A DNA stretch of 64,000 bases from an uncultured Acidobacteriota bacterium (GTDB taxonomy: Bacteria; Acidobacteriota; Vicinamibacteria; Vicinamibacterales; Fen-181): the NCBI GenBank assembly GCA_963741715.1, contig CAVUJA010000002.1:753764-817763 (forward strand), read 5' to 3'. Positions 1-7,700 of the stretch are shown piece after piece. The notes beneath the pieces were generated by a model. It was not told the DNA's origin. It ran no database searches and saw nothing but the letters and a program-made list of their open reading frames with translations. Numbering within the stretch: the stretch's first letter is position 1; each line of letters begins with the position of its first letter. The position numbers were made by a program, and so were the translations under genes.

Positions 1-797
1 CGCGCCGTGAGGCCCGCGAGCGCCGTCTGGAAGAACGGGCGCGCCGAGTACACGAGGACGGGGACGGCAACGACCAGGGAGAGCCAGCGGAAGAACGCCT
101 CGAAGGGCGTGGCCATCCCCGAGTACTCCCCCGCGTACAGCGACCCGTGGAGGAACATCAGGTTCATCGCGCACGCCGCGGCGACCCCGAGCCGGGCCAG
201 GCCCGCGCGGTCTTCCGCCCGGCGCGCCTCCTGCGCGCGCGAGGCGCGATGGATGTGCGGCGTGTACCCCAGGCGGTCGAGCGCGCGGGCGATCCCAGAA
301 AGGCGCGTGTGCTCGGGCCGCCACGTGATCTCCGCGACGCCGCTGCCCACGTTCAGGCGAACCTCGTCCACGCCCCGGAGCACGGCGGGCAACTTCTCCA
401 CCAGCCACACGCAGGCCGCGCAATGGACGCCTTCGAGGTACAGCCTCGTGCGCCGGCGTTCCGCGCCGAGCGGCTCGGTCGCCTCCGCCTGGACACGCTC
501 GTCGTCGAAGTCCGTGAACGCGCGCCCGGTGACGCGCGCGGGCTCCGGGTTTCCCCGTTGCTGCCCGACCAGCCGGTAGTACTGGTCGAACCCCCACTCG
601 TGAAGGAGCGTGTAGACCTGCCGGCAGCCGGAGCAGCAGAACTGGCGTGCGTCTCCGCCGCGCACCAGGTCCGCCTGGACCGCCAGGCCGCAGTGCGCGC
701 ACGCCGCGCTGCGGCGCGCGGCTTCAGCCCCGCGTTCGAGGGTGCCGACCTCGTGCAGGCGGACGCCCGGCCGGCCGTGGTCGCGGCGAACTCCCAT
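1..797 (-). CDS. ccoI: Cu-translocating P-type ATPase CcoI/FixI, N-terminal part (continues beyond window start)
   Basis: Own translation of the minus strand from ATG at 797 gives MGVRRDH...CAHCGL...FCCSGCRQVY, the Cys-rich N-terminal metal-binding domain of FixI-type ATPases. It is followed by the HMA motif LYLEGVHCAACVWLVE and the first TM segments. The ATG overlaps the fixH stop (TGATG). It lies downstream of ccoG-fixH. Confidence 0.85.
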   Translation of the reverse strand, partial: MGVRRDHGRPGVRLHEVGTLERGAEAARRSAACAHCGLAVQADLVRGGDARQFCCSGCRQVYTLLHEWGFDQYYRLVGQQRGNPEPARVTGRAFTDFDDERVQAEATEPLGAERRRTRLYLEGVHCAACVWLVEKLPAVLRGVDEVRLNVGSGVAEITWRPEHTRLSGIARALDRLGYTPHIHRASRAQEARRAEDRAGLARLGVAAACAMNLMFLHGSLYAGEYSGMATPFEAFFRWLSLVVAVPVLVYSARPFFQTALAGLTA

Positions 798-1333
798 CAC
801 CGCGGCCCCCCGGCGGGAACCGGCGCGTCGGCCGGGACGGTCACACGTGCCGCGTGGACGAAGCGGAGCGCCCGCTGCCTAGCGTCGATCCGGAGTTCCC
901 AGGCGCCCGGCTCGTCGATCACCACCAGCGTGCGGTAGCTTCCAGCCTGCTGCGGCAGTTCGGTCAGCTCGCCCGCCTGGTCGAGGCGCGTGTCGGAGGA
1001 GCGGATGGCGAAGAGCCGGCCGGAGAGCCCCGACACGGGCTTCCCGTCGCGGTCGGCGACCCGCACGTCCACCGGCCGCGGCATGCCCCGATAGTGCGGC
1101 ACGTCGGACGGCAGCTCGTACCGAACCGTCCAGCCGAACTGTCGGCTGGCGTCCTCCACCGCTTGGTCGGCGTCCCACGCGCGCGCAGTTTCGTAGTACC
1201 CCTTGATCGGCCGGGGGCTGTTGGGCCGCGTCGCCACCCACACGATCACGCCGCTGGCGACGATCGACGTCGTGAGGAGGCCGCCCAGGTAGATCGGCCA
1301 GCGGTACTCGGAAATCGTCCGAAGGATTCTCAC
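797..1333 (-). CDS. fixH: FixH/CcoH-like cbb3 oxidase assembly protein
   Basis: This is the C-terminal part of ORF 797..2425. The GTG start at 1333 overlaps the ccoG stop (GTGA). It has one N-terminal TM (WPIYLGGLLTTSIVASGVIVWV) and a FixH-like periplasmic domain. Operon context supports the call. Confidence 0.8.
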   Translation of the reverse strand: MRILRTISEYRWPIYLGGLLTTSIVASGVIVWVATRPNSPRPIKGYYETARAWDADQAVEDASRQFGWTVRYELPSDVPHYRGMPRPVDVRVADRDGKPVSGLSGRLFAIRSSDTRLDQAGELTELPQQAGSYRTLVVIDEPGAWELRIDARQRALRFVHAARVTVPADAPVPAGGPR

Positions 1334-2790
1334 CGCCGGTCCTCCTCGTTGGATTCGTAGGGCCCGAGCAGGAGAAACTGCACTTCCTTCCGGACGCCGC
1401 GATCCGAGCGGACGACATAGCGGGCCGTCGCCTGGCCGTCCTCGAAGACGCCGTGCGGCACCGTCGTCACCACGTTCACGGTCACGACCTGTTCGGGCCC
1501 CACGACGACGGGCGAGTCGCTGACCACGAGCGCCGCGCCCTTCGGGCTCACGACTTCGATGGTGAAGCGCTGCGTCTCTTCCCGCTGGTTCGTGAACCGG
1601 ATCCGCTGCTGGTTGGCGACCTCGCCGGTCGTCAGCAGGCGGTACGGTTCGCGCCCGCCCCTGACGACTTCGATGAGCACGTCGCTGCGCGTCAGGAGAA
1701 GGACGCCGAGCGTGCCGAAGGCCGCCGCGATCAGCGCCAGGTAGACGAACGTGCGCGGCCGCCACGTGTGGCGCACGCCGCTCTTCTGTTCCCGCTCCGA
1801 GAAATACCGGATGAGCCCGATGGGTTTGCGCTGGGCGATCATCACCTCGGCGCACGCGTCGATGCACTGCGCCGTGCCGATGCACTCGGGCTGCAGGCCG
1901 CGCCTGATGTCCGTCCCGGTGGGGCAGGCGTTCACGCACGCGCGGCAGTCGATGCAGTCGCCCGCCCGCACGGCCTGCTTGCGGTCCTTCAGCTTCACCT
2001 TCGGGTCGCCGCGCTTCTCGTCGTAGGCGACGACGATCGTGTCCTGGTCGGAGAGGACGTTCTGCAGGCGGCCGTAGGGGCAGGCGATCGTGCACATCTG
2101 ATCGCGGAACCAGCCGAAGTCGAAGACGATGGCGCCGGTCAGCAGCGCGATCACGAACAGCGTGCCCATCGCGGCGAACGGGTCGGTGCCCAGCCCGCGG
2201 ACGAGGCCGGCCCAGCTGACGAAGTACGCGACGAACGTCGAGGACATCAGCACGGCGACGGCCGTCCAGATCGACCACTTCGCGGCCTTGATCGCGACCT
2301 TCCGCCCGCTCCACGGCGCCAGGTTCAGCTTCCGCTGATTCGTCGGCCCGCCTTCCAGGAAGGCTTCGATCGGGCGAAAGAGGAACTCCAGGTAGACCGT
2401 CTGCGGGCAGGCGTAGCCGCACCACAGGCGGCCGAACGTCGAGGCGGCGAAGAAGACGCTGACGATCACGCCGAAGCCGAACGCCACGAGGATGCGGCTG
2501 TCGGTCGGGTAGAACGTGGACCCGAAGACGTGGGAGCGGCGCGCGAAGATGTCGAGCCAGACCGCCGGGTAGCCGCCGACGGGAACGAGCGGAAGCAGGA
2601 AGAAGAGGACGAAGAGGCCGTACGCGATCGCGCGGCGGATCTTCCAGTACCGCCCCTTGTGCACGATCGGGTGCATGAACTTCCGCTTGCCGTCGGCCGA
2701 GAGGCTGTAGAGCAGGTCCTCGTCGGGGGCGACGTCGAAGACGTGCGGATGTCCCGCGGCAAGCGTCCTCTCGGTGTCGGCCTGGTCCAC
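1330..2790 (-). CDS. ccoG: cbb3 oxidase accessory protein CcoG (4Fe-4S ferredoxin-type membrane protein)
   Basis: In-frame part of ORF 1330..3294. Motifs seen: CGYACPQT, CTIACPYGRLQ, CIDCRACVNACPTG, ECIGTAQCIDAC. GTG start at 2790 (VDQADTERT...) lies one nt after the TGA that ends the shifted ccoP frame. Confidence 0.9.
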   Translation of the reverse strand: MDQADTERTLAAGHPHVFDVAPDEDLLYSLSADGKRKFMHPIVHKGRYWKIRRAIAYGLFVLFFLLPLVPVGGYPAVWLDIFARRSHVFGSTFYPTDSRILVAFGFGVIVSVFFAASTFGRLWCGYACPQTVYLEFLFRPIEAFLEGGPTNQRKLNLAPWSGRKVAIKAAKWSIWTAVAVLMSSTFVAYFVSWAGLVRGLGTDPFAAMGTLFVIALLTGAIVFDFGWFRDQMCTIACPYGRLQNVLSDQDTIVVAYDEKRGDPKVKLKDRKQAVRAGDCIDCRACVNACPTGTDIRRGLQPECIGTAQCIDACAEVMIAQRKPIGLIRYFSEREQKSGVRHTWRPRTFVYLALIAAAFGTLGVLLLTRSDVLIEVVRGGREPYRLLTTGEVANQQRIRFTNQREETQRFTIEVVSPKGAALVVSDSPVVVGPEQVVTVNVVTTVPHGVFEDGQATARYVVRSDRGVRKEVQFLLLGPYESNEEDRR

Positions 2791-2791
2791 G

Positions 2792-3383
2792 TCAGCTCCT
2801 CGGCGGAATCGGCTGCGGCGCGAACGGGTCGCCCTCCGGCGGCCGCGCGTTGGGCGGATTCGAGCCCTGGAGGCTCCGCACGTACGAGCACGAGCGCGGC
2901 GATCTCCTCGGGCTTCAGCGCGCGGCCCCACGGCGGCATCCCCTTCGCCGGCCAGCCGTTCGCGATGGTCTGGAAGATCTGGTCCACCGAGCCTCCGTGG
3001 ATCCAGCGGTCGTCGGTGAGGTTGGGGCCGATCAGGCCCTGCGCTCGTGCACCGTGGCACGGGGCGCACGATCGGGCGAAGCGCGCCGCGCCCGCCTGGA
3101 GCACCGCCGGGTTGTTCGCGCCGGCGAGCAGTTCGGCGGCCGAGGGTGCGACCAGCGGGCTCGCGTCGAGGTGCGCCTGCACCGCGGCCAGCGCCTTCTG
3201 CGTCTCTCCGCGGTACTCGGCCTCCATGGAGCCCTCGCCGAAGCTCAAGGCATAGAAGATCAGGTAGGCCGCCGCGAAGACGAGCGAGCCCCACCAGATC
3301 GCCATGAGCCAGCCGGGCATCGGGTTGTCGTACTCGCGGATCCCGTCCAGTTCGTGGAGAACCTTGTCTTCGAACTGTGCCAT
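2792..3383 (-). CDS. ccoP: cbb3 oxidase subunit III CcoP-like monoheme cytochrome c, with an apparent +1 frameshift near 2881-2894
   Basis: ATG at 3383 preceded by AGAGGAG. Protein starts MAQFEDKVLHELDGIREYDNPMPGWLM, has one TM, the heme site CAPCHG and GMPPWG. After EEIAALVL the listed frame reads through ccoG. The adjacent frame reads YVRSLQGSNPPNARPPEGDPFAPQPIPPRS and stops at 2792-2794, just before the ccoG GTG. Confidence 0.8.
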
Positions 3384-3393
3384 GGTCTCCTCT

Positions 3394-3615
3394 TCATTCG
3401 GGATTCGGATCACCGAATCCCGAATCCTGACTCCTGACTCCTTCGTCCGCGCCACTCCCGTCCCCGTCGAGCGGAAGGCGGGCGCGGGCGTCCATGTCCT
3501 CGCGGCGCGCCCGCACCACCCACACCACCACGCCGATCCAGGCGGCCAGGAAGAACAGCATCGAGCTGATCGCCCACGCGGCCGTCCCCGTCTGCGCGGC
3601 AAGCTCCTGCAGCAC
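3394..3615 (-). CDS. ccoQ: CcoQ/FixQ-like small cbb3 subunit
   Basis: C-terminal tail of ORF 3394..5496. GTG at 3615 is 3 nt after the ccoNO stop. It has a single TM (AAWAISSMLFFLAAWIGVVVWVV) followed by RARREDMDARARLPLDGD, the FixQ pattern. The last ~17 codons are encoded by the heptamer-repeat hairpin. Confidence 0.65.
   Translation of the reverse strand: MLQELAAQTGTAAWAISSMLFFLAAWIGVVVWVVRARREDMDARARLPLDGDGSGADEGVRSQDSGFGDPNPE
3396..3441. repeat. Perfect 13-bp hairpin plus heptamer repeats (family F4)
   Basis: ATTCGGGATTCGG (3396-3408), loop ATCA, CCGAATCCCGAAT (3413-3425), then CCTGACTCCTGACTCC. It overlaps the ccoQ 3' end and ends 12 nt upstream of the ccoP RBS. The same unit family occurs at 52163-52258. 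Confidence 0.9.
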
Positions 3616-3617
3616 GG

Positions 3618-5867
3618 CTACCTCGCCACCTGGGCCTGCCCCGCCATGGCTCCGGCCGGCGCACCAGATGCGCCGACAACCGGAGCGGCGGCGGGCTTCT
3701 TCCACCGGATGTCGGTGCCAAGCCGCTGGAGATACGCGGTGAGGGCGGTGATCTCCTTGTCGCCAAGCCCCTTCGGGCCCTGCTGCGCCTCCACTTCCGC
3801 AGTGATCACCTCCGCCTGCCGCTCCATCGCCGCCACCGCCGTCTCGATCTCGCCGTCGGTGTAGGGAACGCCGACGATGCGCAGCGCGCGCATCTTGGAG
3901 CCGATGAGGCCGGTGTCGTAGCTGGTGGTGTACAGGTGCGAGTAGCGAGGCATGATCGACCCCGGCGTCGTCGAATCCGGCTGGCGCATGTGGCGGACGT
4001 GCCAGAGCGACGGATACTTGCCGCCGACCCGCTGCAGGTCCGGGCCCGTCCGCTTCGAGCCCCACTGGAACGGGTGTTCGTAGACGTACTCGCCGGCCTT
4101 CGAATACTCGCCGTAGCGCTCGGTCTCGAACCGGAAGGGGCGAACCATCTGCGAGTGGCAGTTGTAGCAGCCCTCGCGGAGGTAGATGTCGCGCCCGGCC
4201 ACCTCGAGGGGCGTGTACGGCTTCACGCTGGCGATCTCCTTCACGTTCTCCTTGTCGAAGAACATCGGAAGCGCCTCGACCAGCGACCCGACGGCCAGCG
4301 CGAGCACCACGAGCACCGTGAAGGGGACCGGGACGCTCTCGAGCAGCCGGTGGACGCCGTGCCGCAGCAAGTGCTGCAGCCGGAAAAACGCGTGGTCGTA
4401 GGTGTTCGCCGGCGTCACGGCGCCGGGCGCCGAGAGGTCCTTGACCAGCGGCGGCACGCTCACCTCGGGCTCCACGGCGTAGCCGGCCGGCGCGCGCCTG
4501 ACGGTGGCGACGATGTTCCAGACGCCCATCAGCGCGCCCGAGAAGAAGAGGATCCCGGCGACGAGGCGGACCCAGTAGAGCGGGACGATCGCGATGACCG
4601 TCTCGATGAAGTCCGGGTACACCAGGCGGCCGTCCGCCTCGAAGGCGCGCCACATGCCCCACTGGGTGATGCCGGCGACCCACATCGACACCTGGTAGAG
4701 GATGAGGCCGACCGTGGCGATCCAGAAGTGCGTGGTCGCGAGCTTCTTCGAGTACAGCGCCGTCTTCCAGAGCCGCGGCACGACCCAGTAGAGGATGCCG
4801 AACGAGAGGAAGGCGTTCCAGCCGAGCGCGCCGGCGTGCACGTGCCCGATGGTCCAGTCGGTGAAGTGCGACACCGCGTTCACCGACTTGATCGACATCA
4901 TCGGCCCCTCGAAGGTCGCCATGCCGTAGTAGGTGACCGCGACCACCATGAACTTCAGGATCGGGTCTTCGCGGAGCTTGTGCCACGCGCCGCGCAGGGT
5001 GAAGAGGCCGTTCACCATGCCGCCCCAGGAGGGCATCCACAGGATCAGCGAGAACAGCATCCCGAGCGTGGACGCCCACTCGGGCACGGCCGAGTAGTGG
5101 AGGTGGTGCGGGCCCGCCCAGATGTAGACGAAGACGAGCGACCAGAAGTGCATGATCGACAGCCGGTAGCTGAACACCGGCCGCTCGGCGGCCTTGGGCA
5201 GGTAGTAATACATCAGCCCCAGAAACGGCGTCGTCAGGAAGAACGCGACGGCGTTGTGGCCGTACCACCACTGCATCAGGGCGTCCTTGACGCCCGCGTA
5301 GGCCGAGTAGCTCCCGAGCCACGAGTACGGCATCGCGATGCTGTTGCCGATGTGCAGGATCGCCACCGCGACGATCGTCGCGATGTAGAACCAGATGGCG
5401 ACGTAGAGGTGCCGCTCGCGCCGAATCGCGATCGTGCCGAAGAAGTTGACCGCGAACACGACCCAGAGGACCGCGAGGACGATGTCGAGCACCCACGGCA
5501 GCTCCGCGTACTCCTTGCCCTGGGTGTTGCCCGTCAGCAGCGCGAGCGCCGCCGCCACGATGAGCAGCTGCCAGCCCCAGAAGTGCACCCTCGACAGGAC
5601 GTCGCTGAAGAGCCGCGTCTTCAGCAGCCGCTGCATCGAGTGGTAGGTGCCGGCGAAGATGATGTTGCCGCAGAAGGCGAAGATGACGGCGTTGGTGTGG
5701 AGCGGGCGGAGCCGGCCGAACGTCAGGAACGGCGCCAGGTTCAGCCGCGGCATGAAGAGCATGGCCGCGATCACGACGCCCACCAGCATGCCGACCACGG
5801 CCCAGACCACGGCGGCCAGGAAGAAGAACCGCGGGGTTCGATCGTCGTAGCGGACGGTGTCGCTCAT
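3618..5867 (-). CDS. ccoNO: cbb3-type cytochrome c oxidase, fused subunits I+II (CcoN-CcoO)
   Basis: 749-aa ORF. The N-terminal ~480 aa are a multi-TM heme-copper oxidase (HTNAVIFAF, WYGHNAV, HHLHYS, GHVHAGALGW). The C-terminal part is CcoO-like with CYNCHSQMVRP and a FETERYGEY-type region. Confidence 0.95.
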   Translation of the reverse strand: MSDTVRYDDRTPRFFFLAAVVWAVVGMLVGVVIAAMLFMPRLNLAPFLTFGRLRPLHTNAVIFAFCGNIIFAGTYHSMQRLLKTRLFSDVLSRVHFWGWQLLIVAAALALLTGNTQGKEYAELPWVLDIVLAVLWVVFAVNFFGTIAIRRERHLYVAIWFYIATIVAVAILHIGNSIAMPYSWLGSYSAYAGVKDALMQWWYGHNAVAFFLTTPFLGLMYYYLPKAAERPVFSYRLSIMHFWSLVFVYIWAGPHHLHYSAVPEWASTLGMLFSLILWMPSWGGMVNGLFTLRGAWHKLREDPILKFMVVAVTYYGMATFEGPMMSIKSVNAVSHFTDWTIGHVHAGALGWNAFLSFGILYWVVPRLWKTALYSKKLATTHFWIATVGLILYQVSMWVAGITQWGMWRAFEADGRLVYPDFIETVIAIVPLYWVRLVAGILFFSGALMGVWNIVATVRRAPAGYAVEPEVSVPPLVKDLSAPGAVTPANTYDHAFFRLQHLLRHGVHRLLESVPVPFTVLVVLALAVGSLVEALPMFFDKENVKEIASVKPYTPLEVAGRDIYLREGCYNCHSQMVRPFRFETERYGEYSKAGEYVYEHPFQWGSKRTGPDLQRVGGKYPSLWHVRHMRQPDSTTPGSIMPRYSHLYTTSYDTGLIGSKMRALRIVGVPYTDGEIETAVAAMERQAEVITAEVEAQQGPKGLGDKEITALTAYLQRLGTDIRWKKPAAAPVVGASGAPAGAMAGQAQVAR

Positions 5868-5929
5868 CGCTTTCCCACCCTGTGTCGGTGTGGTCGGCGG
5901 CCGGGTGGCCGTCGGTCAGAGACTGGGAA

Positions 5930-5945
5930 TGTGAATCTTTTCACG
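5930..5945. promoter_or_regulatory. Candidate Crp/Fnr-family operator TGTGA-N6-TCACg upstream of ccoNO
   Basis: TGTGAATCTTTTCACG matches 9/10 of TGTGA-N6-TCACA. It is centred about 70 nt upstream of the ccoNO ATG in the divergent region with the TPR gene. A Crp/Fnr regulator is encoded at 35366-35998. Confidence 0.4.
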
Positions 5946-6191
5946 TTCGGCGGCACCGGCCGGCCGTAATTGTCGAGCCTGCGGCTCTACTATACCGATC
6001 TTGCGCCCGCCCGTCACGGGCCGGTCTTCCCTCCCGGCACCGCCTGTCTGCCGCGTTCGCCGGACCGTCGCCGGACGCCGCCCAACTTGACACTATCCGC
6101 TCGTTTAGTACATTGGACGGTGGTTCTTGCGTGGTTTTCACGCCATCTTCTTCGCCGCTTCGGCGTTGATTTCTTCAGAGAGGTGACAGCA

Positions 6192-7445
6192 ATGCGTACC
6201 CCATGGCGGACGTTGGCATGGCTCCTGGTTCTCTCGACGCTGGTTCCAGGGCTCGCCTTCGGACAGCGGCTCCGGCTCGTTGGCAGGATCGTCGACCCGC
6301 AGGGCAAGCCCATCGAGGGCGTGGAAGTGACGGCGACCTCGCCCGACGTCTCGACCTTCCGCGAAGTCCGCACGACCGACAAGAAGGGCAGCTTCACGAT
6401 CGACCTGCCGCAGAACGAGGTGGACTACACCTACAGGTTCGTCAAGGCAGGCTACGTGCCGCTCGACGCCAAGCAGCACTGGAGCCTCGAAGGCAGCCAG
6501 AAGTTCGACTGGACGATGCAGCCGGGCGCGTCCACGGCCGACAGCGCGGCCGCGCCGGTCACGTCCTCCGAGCCGGCCATCGTCGCGTACAACGCCGGCG
6601 TGGAGGCATTGAAGGCCAAGGATGCCCGTACCGCCGAGGCCAAGTTCAACGAGGCGGTCGGCCTCGATCCCAAGATGGTCCCCGCCTGGGTGGCGCTGAG
6701 CACGGTCCAGGTGCAGACGGGGCACAACAAGGAGGCGGCGGAGAGCGCCGAGAAGGCGATGGCCCTCGGCTCCAAGGACGAGGCGATGCTCACGGCCCGG
6801 TGGCAGGCCTACAAGAACCTGAAGGACACCGACAAGGCGGCGGCCGCGCTCAAGGACATGGAGGCGATCGGCCGCCGCGCCGAGGAGGCGAAGAAGTTCC
6901 ACAACGAGGGCGTGGCGCTGGCGAAGGCGGGCGACAACGCGGGAGCCTTCGGCAAGTTCCAGGAGGCGCTGAACCTCGACCCGACACTGCGCGCCTCGAT
7001 GGTGGGCATGGCCACCGCGGCCCTGAAACTGGGAAAGAACGCGGAGGCGGCGACGGCCGCCGAGAGCATCCTCAAGCTGGATCCCAGGAACGACCAGGCG
7101 CTCCGGATCCGCTACAACGCCTGCCTGGCCCTGGGCGACCCCGACCGGCTGTTCGACGCCCTGACCGGCCTGGCCGCGGTGGAGCCGACGGTGGCCAAGA
7201 ACGGGATGCTCAAGCTGGCGTTCGACGCGTACGATGCCAACGACAAAGCCAAGGCGAAGGCGCGCTTCCTGAAGGTCCTCGAGGTCGATCCGAACCAGCC
7301 GCAGGCCCACTACTACCTGGCGCTGGTCCTGGTGGCCGACGGCAACACGGCCGAGGCAAAGGCGCACCTCGAGAAGTTCATCGCCATCGCCCCGAATGCC
7401 GCCGAGGCCGCGAACGCCAAGGAAATGTTGAAGCAGCTCAAGTAG
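6192..7445 (+). CDS. Secreted CarboxypepD_reg-domain plus TPR-repeat protein
   Basis: ATG at 6192 after GAGAGG. Signal peptide MRTPWRTLAWLLVLSTLVPGLAFG. Then LVGRIVDPQGKPIEGVEVT (carboxypeptidase-regulatory-like fold) and multiple TPR-like helical repeats. Confidence 0.85.
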   Translation: MRTPWRTLAWLLVLSTLVPGLAFGQRLRLVGRIVDPQGKPIEGVEVTATSPDVSTFREVRTTDKKGSFTIDLPQNEVDYTYRFVKAGYVPLDAKQHWSLEGSQKFDWTMQPGASTADSAAAPVTSSEPAIVAYNAGVEALKAKDARTAEAKFNEAVGLDPKMVPAWVALSTVQVQTGHNKEAAESAEKAMALGSKDEAMLTARWQAYKNLKDTDKAAAALKDMEAIGRRAEEAKKFHNEGVALAKAGDNAGAFGKFQEALNLDPTLRASMVGMATAALKLGKNAEAATAAESILKLDPRNDQALRIRYNACLALGDPDRLFDALTGLAAVEPTVAKNGMLKLAFDAYDANDKAKAKARFLKVLEVDPNQPQAHYYLALVLVADGNTAEAKAHLEKFIAIAPNAAEAANAKEMLKQLK

Positions 7446-7555
7446 CTGGCAGCTGGCAGCCGGCAGCCTGACACGAAGGGCCCGCGGAACCCTCGGGCCC
7501 TTCGCGTTGTACGCGCGATCCGCTGGCGGCTGGCAGCGGGCGGCAGGCAGCTGGC
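7445..7555. repeat. GCTGGCA-type heptamer repeats (two blocks, 7445-7465 and 7521-7555)
   Basis: GCTGGCA GCTGGCA GCCGGCA starts at the stop codon of the TPR gene. A second in-phase block reads CGCTGGC GGCTGGC AGCGGGC GGCAGGC AGCTGGC. Both blocks end with GCCTGACACG. Confidence 0.8.
7475..7503 (+). terminator. Hairpin terminator candidate after the TPR gene
   Basis: GAAGGGCCC (7475-7483) pairs with GGGCCCTTC (7495-7503), 30 nt after the stop. It is followed by GCGTTGT, a weak U tract. Confidence 0.5.
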
Positions 7556-7633
7556 GGCCTGACACGCGTGGTCCGCTGCCCGGTGCTGCGTCCGTGATCG
7601 GCTGCCGGCTACCTGCTACTCCGTCCGTGGCAC

Positions 7634-7666
7634 AAAAAAAGGGGACGGCCCCGAAGGACCGTCCCC
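7634..7666 (-). terminator. Rho-independent terminator of the TonB-dependent receptor gene
   Basis: The minus strand reads GGGGACGGTCCTTCGGGGCCGTCCCC followed by TTTTTTT. It lies about 35 nt downstream of the stop at 7701. Confidence 0.85.
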
Positions 7667-7700
7667 GCTTCAAGTCTTCCCTGCCGACTATCCCGTCATC

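Noticed and set aside
2466-3602. The full 378-aa ORF as the ccoP gene.
   Set aside because: The first 73 codons precede a well-placed ATG/RBS at 3383 and overlap ccoQ. The last ~140 codons are low-complexity read-through across ccoG. A shifted frame gives a canonical C-terminus and a coupled stop. I therefore called 2792..3383 with a frameshift.
3936-5969. Long plus-strand ORF (677 aa) antisense to ccoNO. Similar long antisense or alternate-frame ORFs occur at 1453..3255, 7725..10823, 12851..15748, 16698..18911, 21699..23690, 29277..33515, 29657..34003 and 59825..63361.
   Set aside because: Their translations are Arg/Ala/Gly/Pro/Asp-rich low-complexity strings with no motifs. They overlap ORFs with clear family signatures. 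Such open frames are expected by chance in very GC-rich DNA because stop codons are AT-rich.
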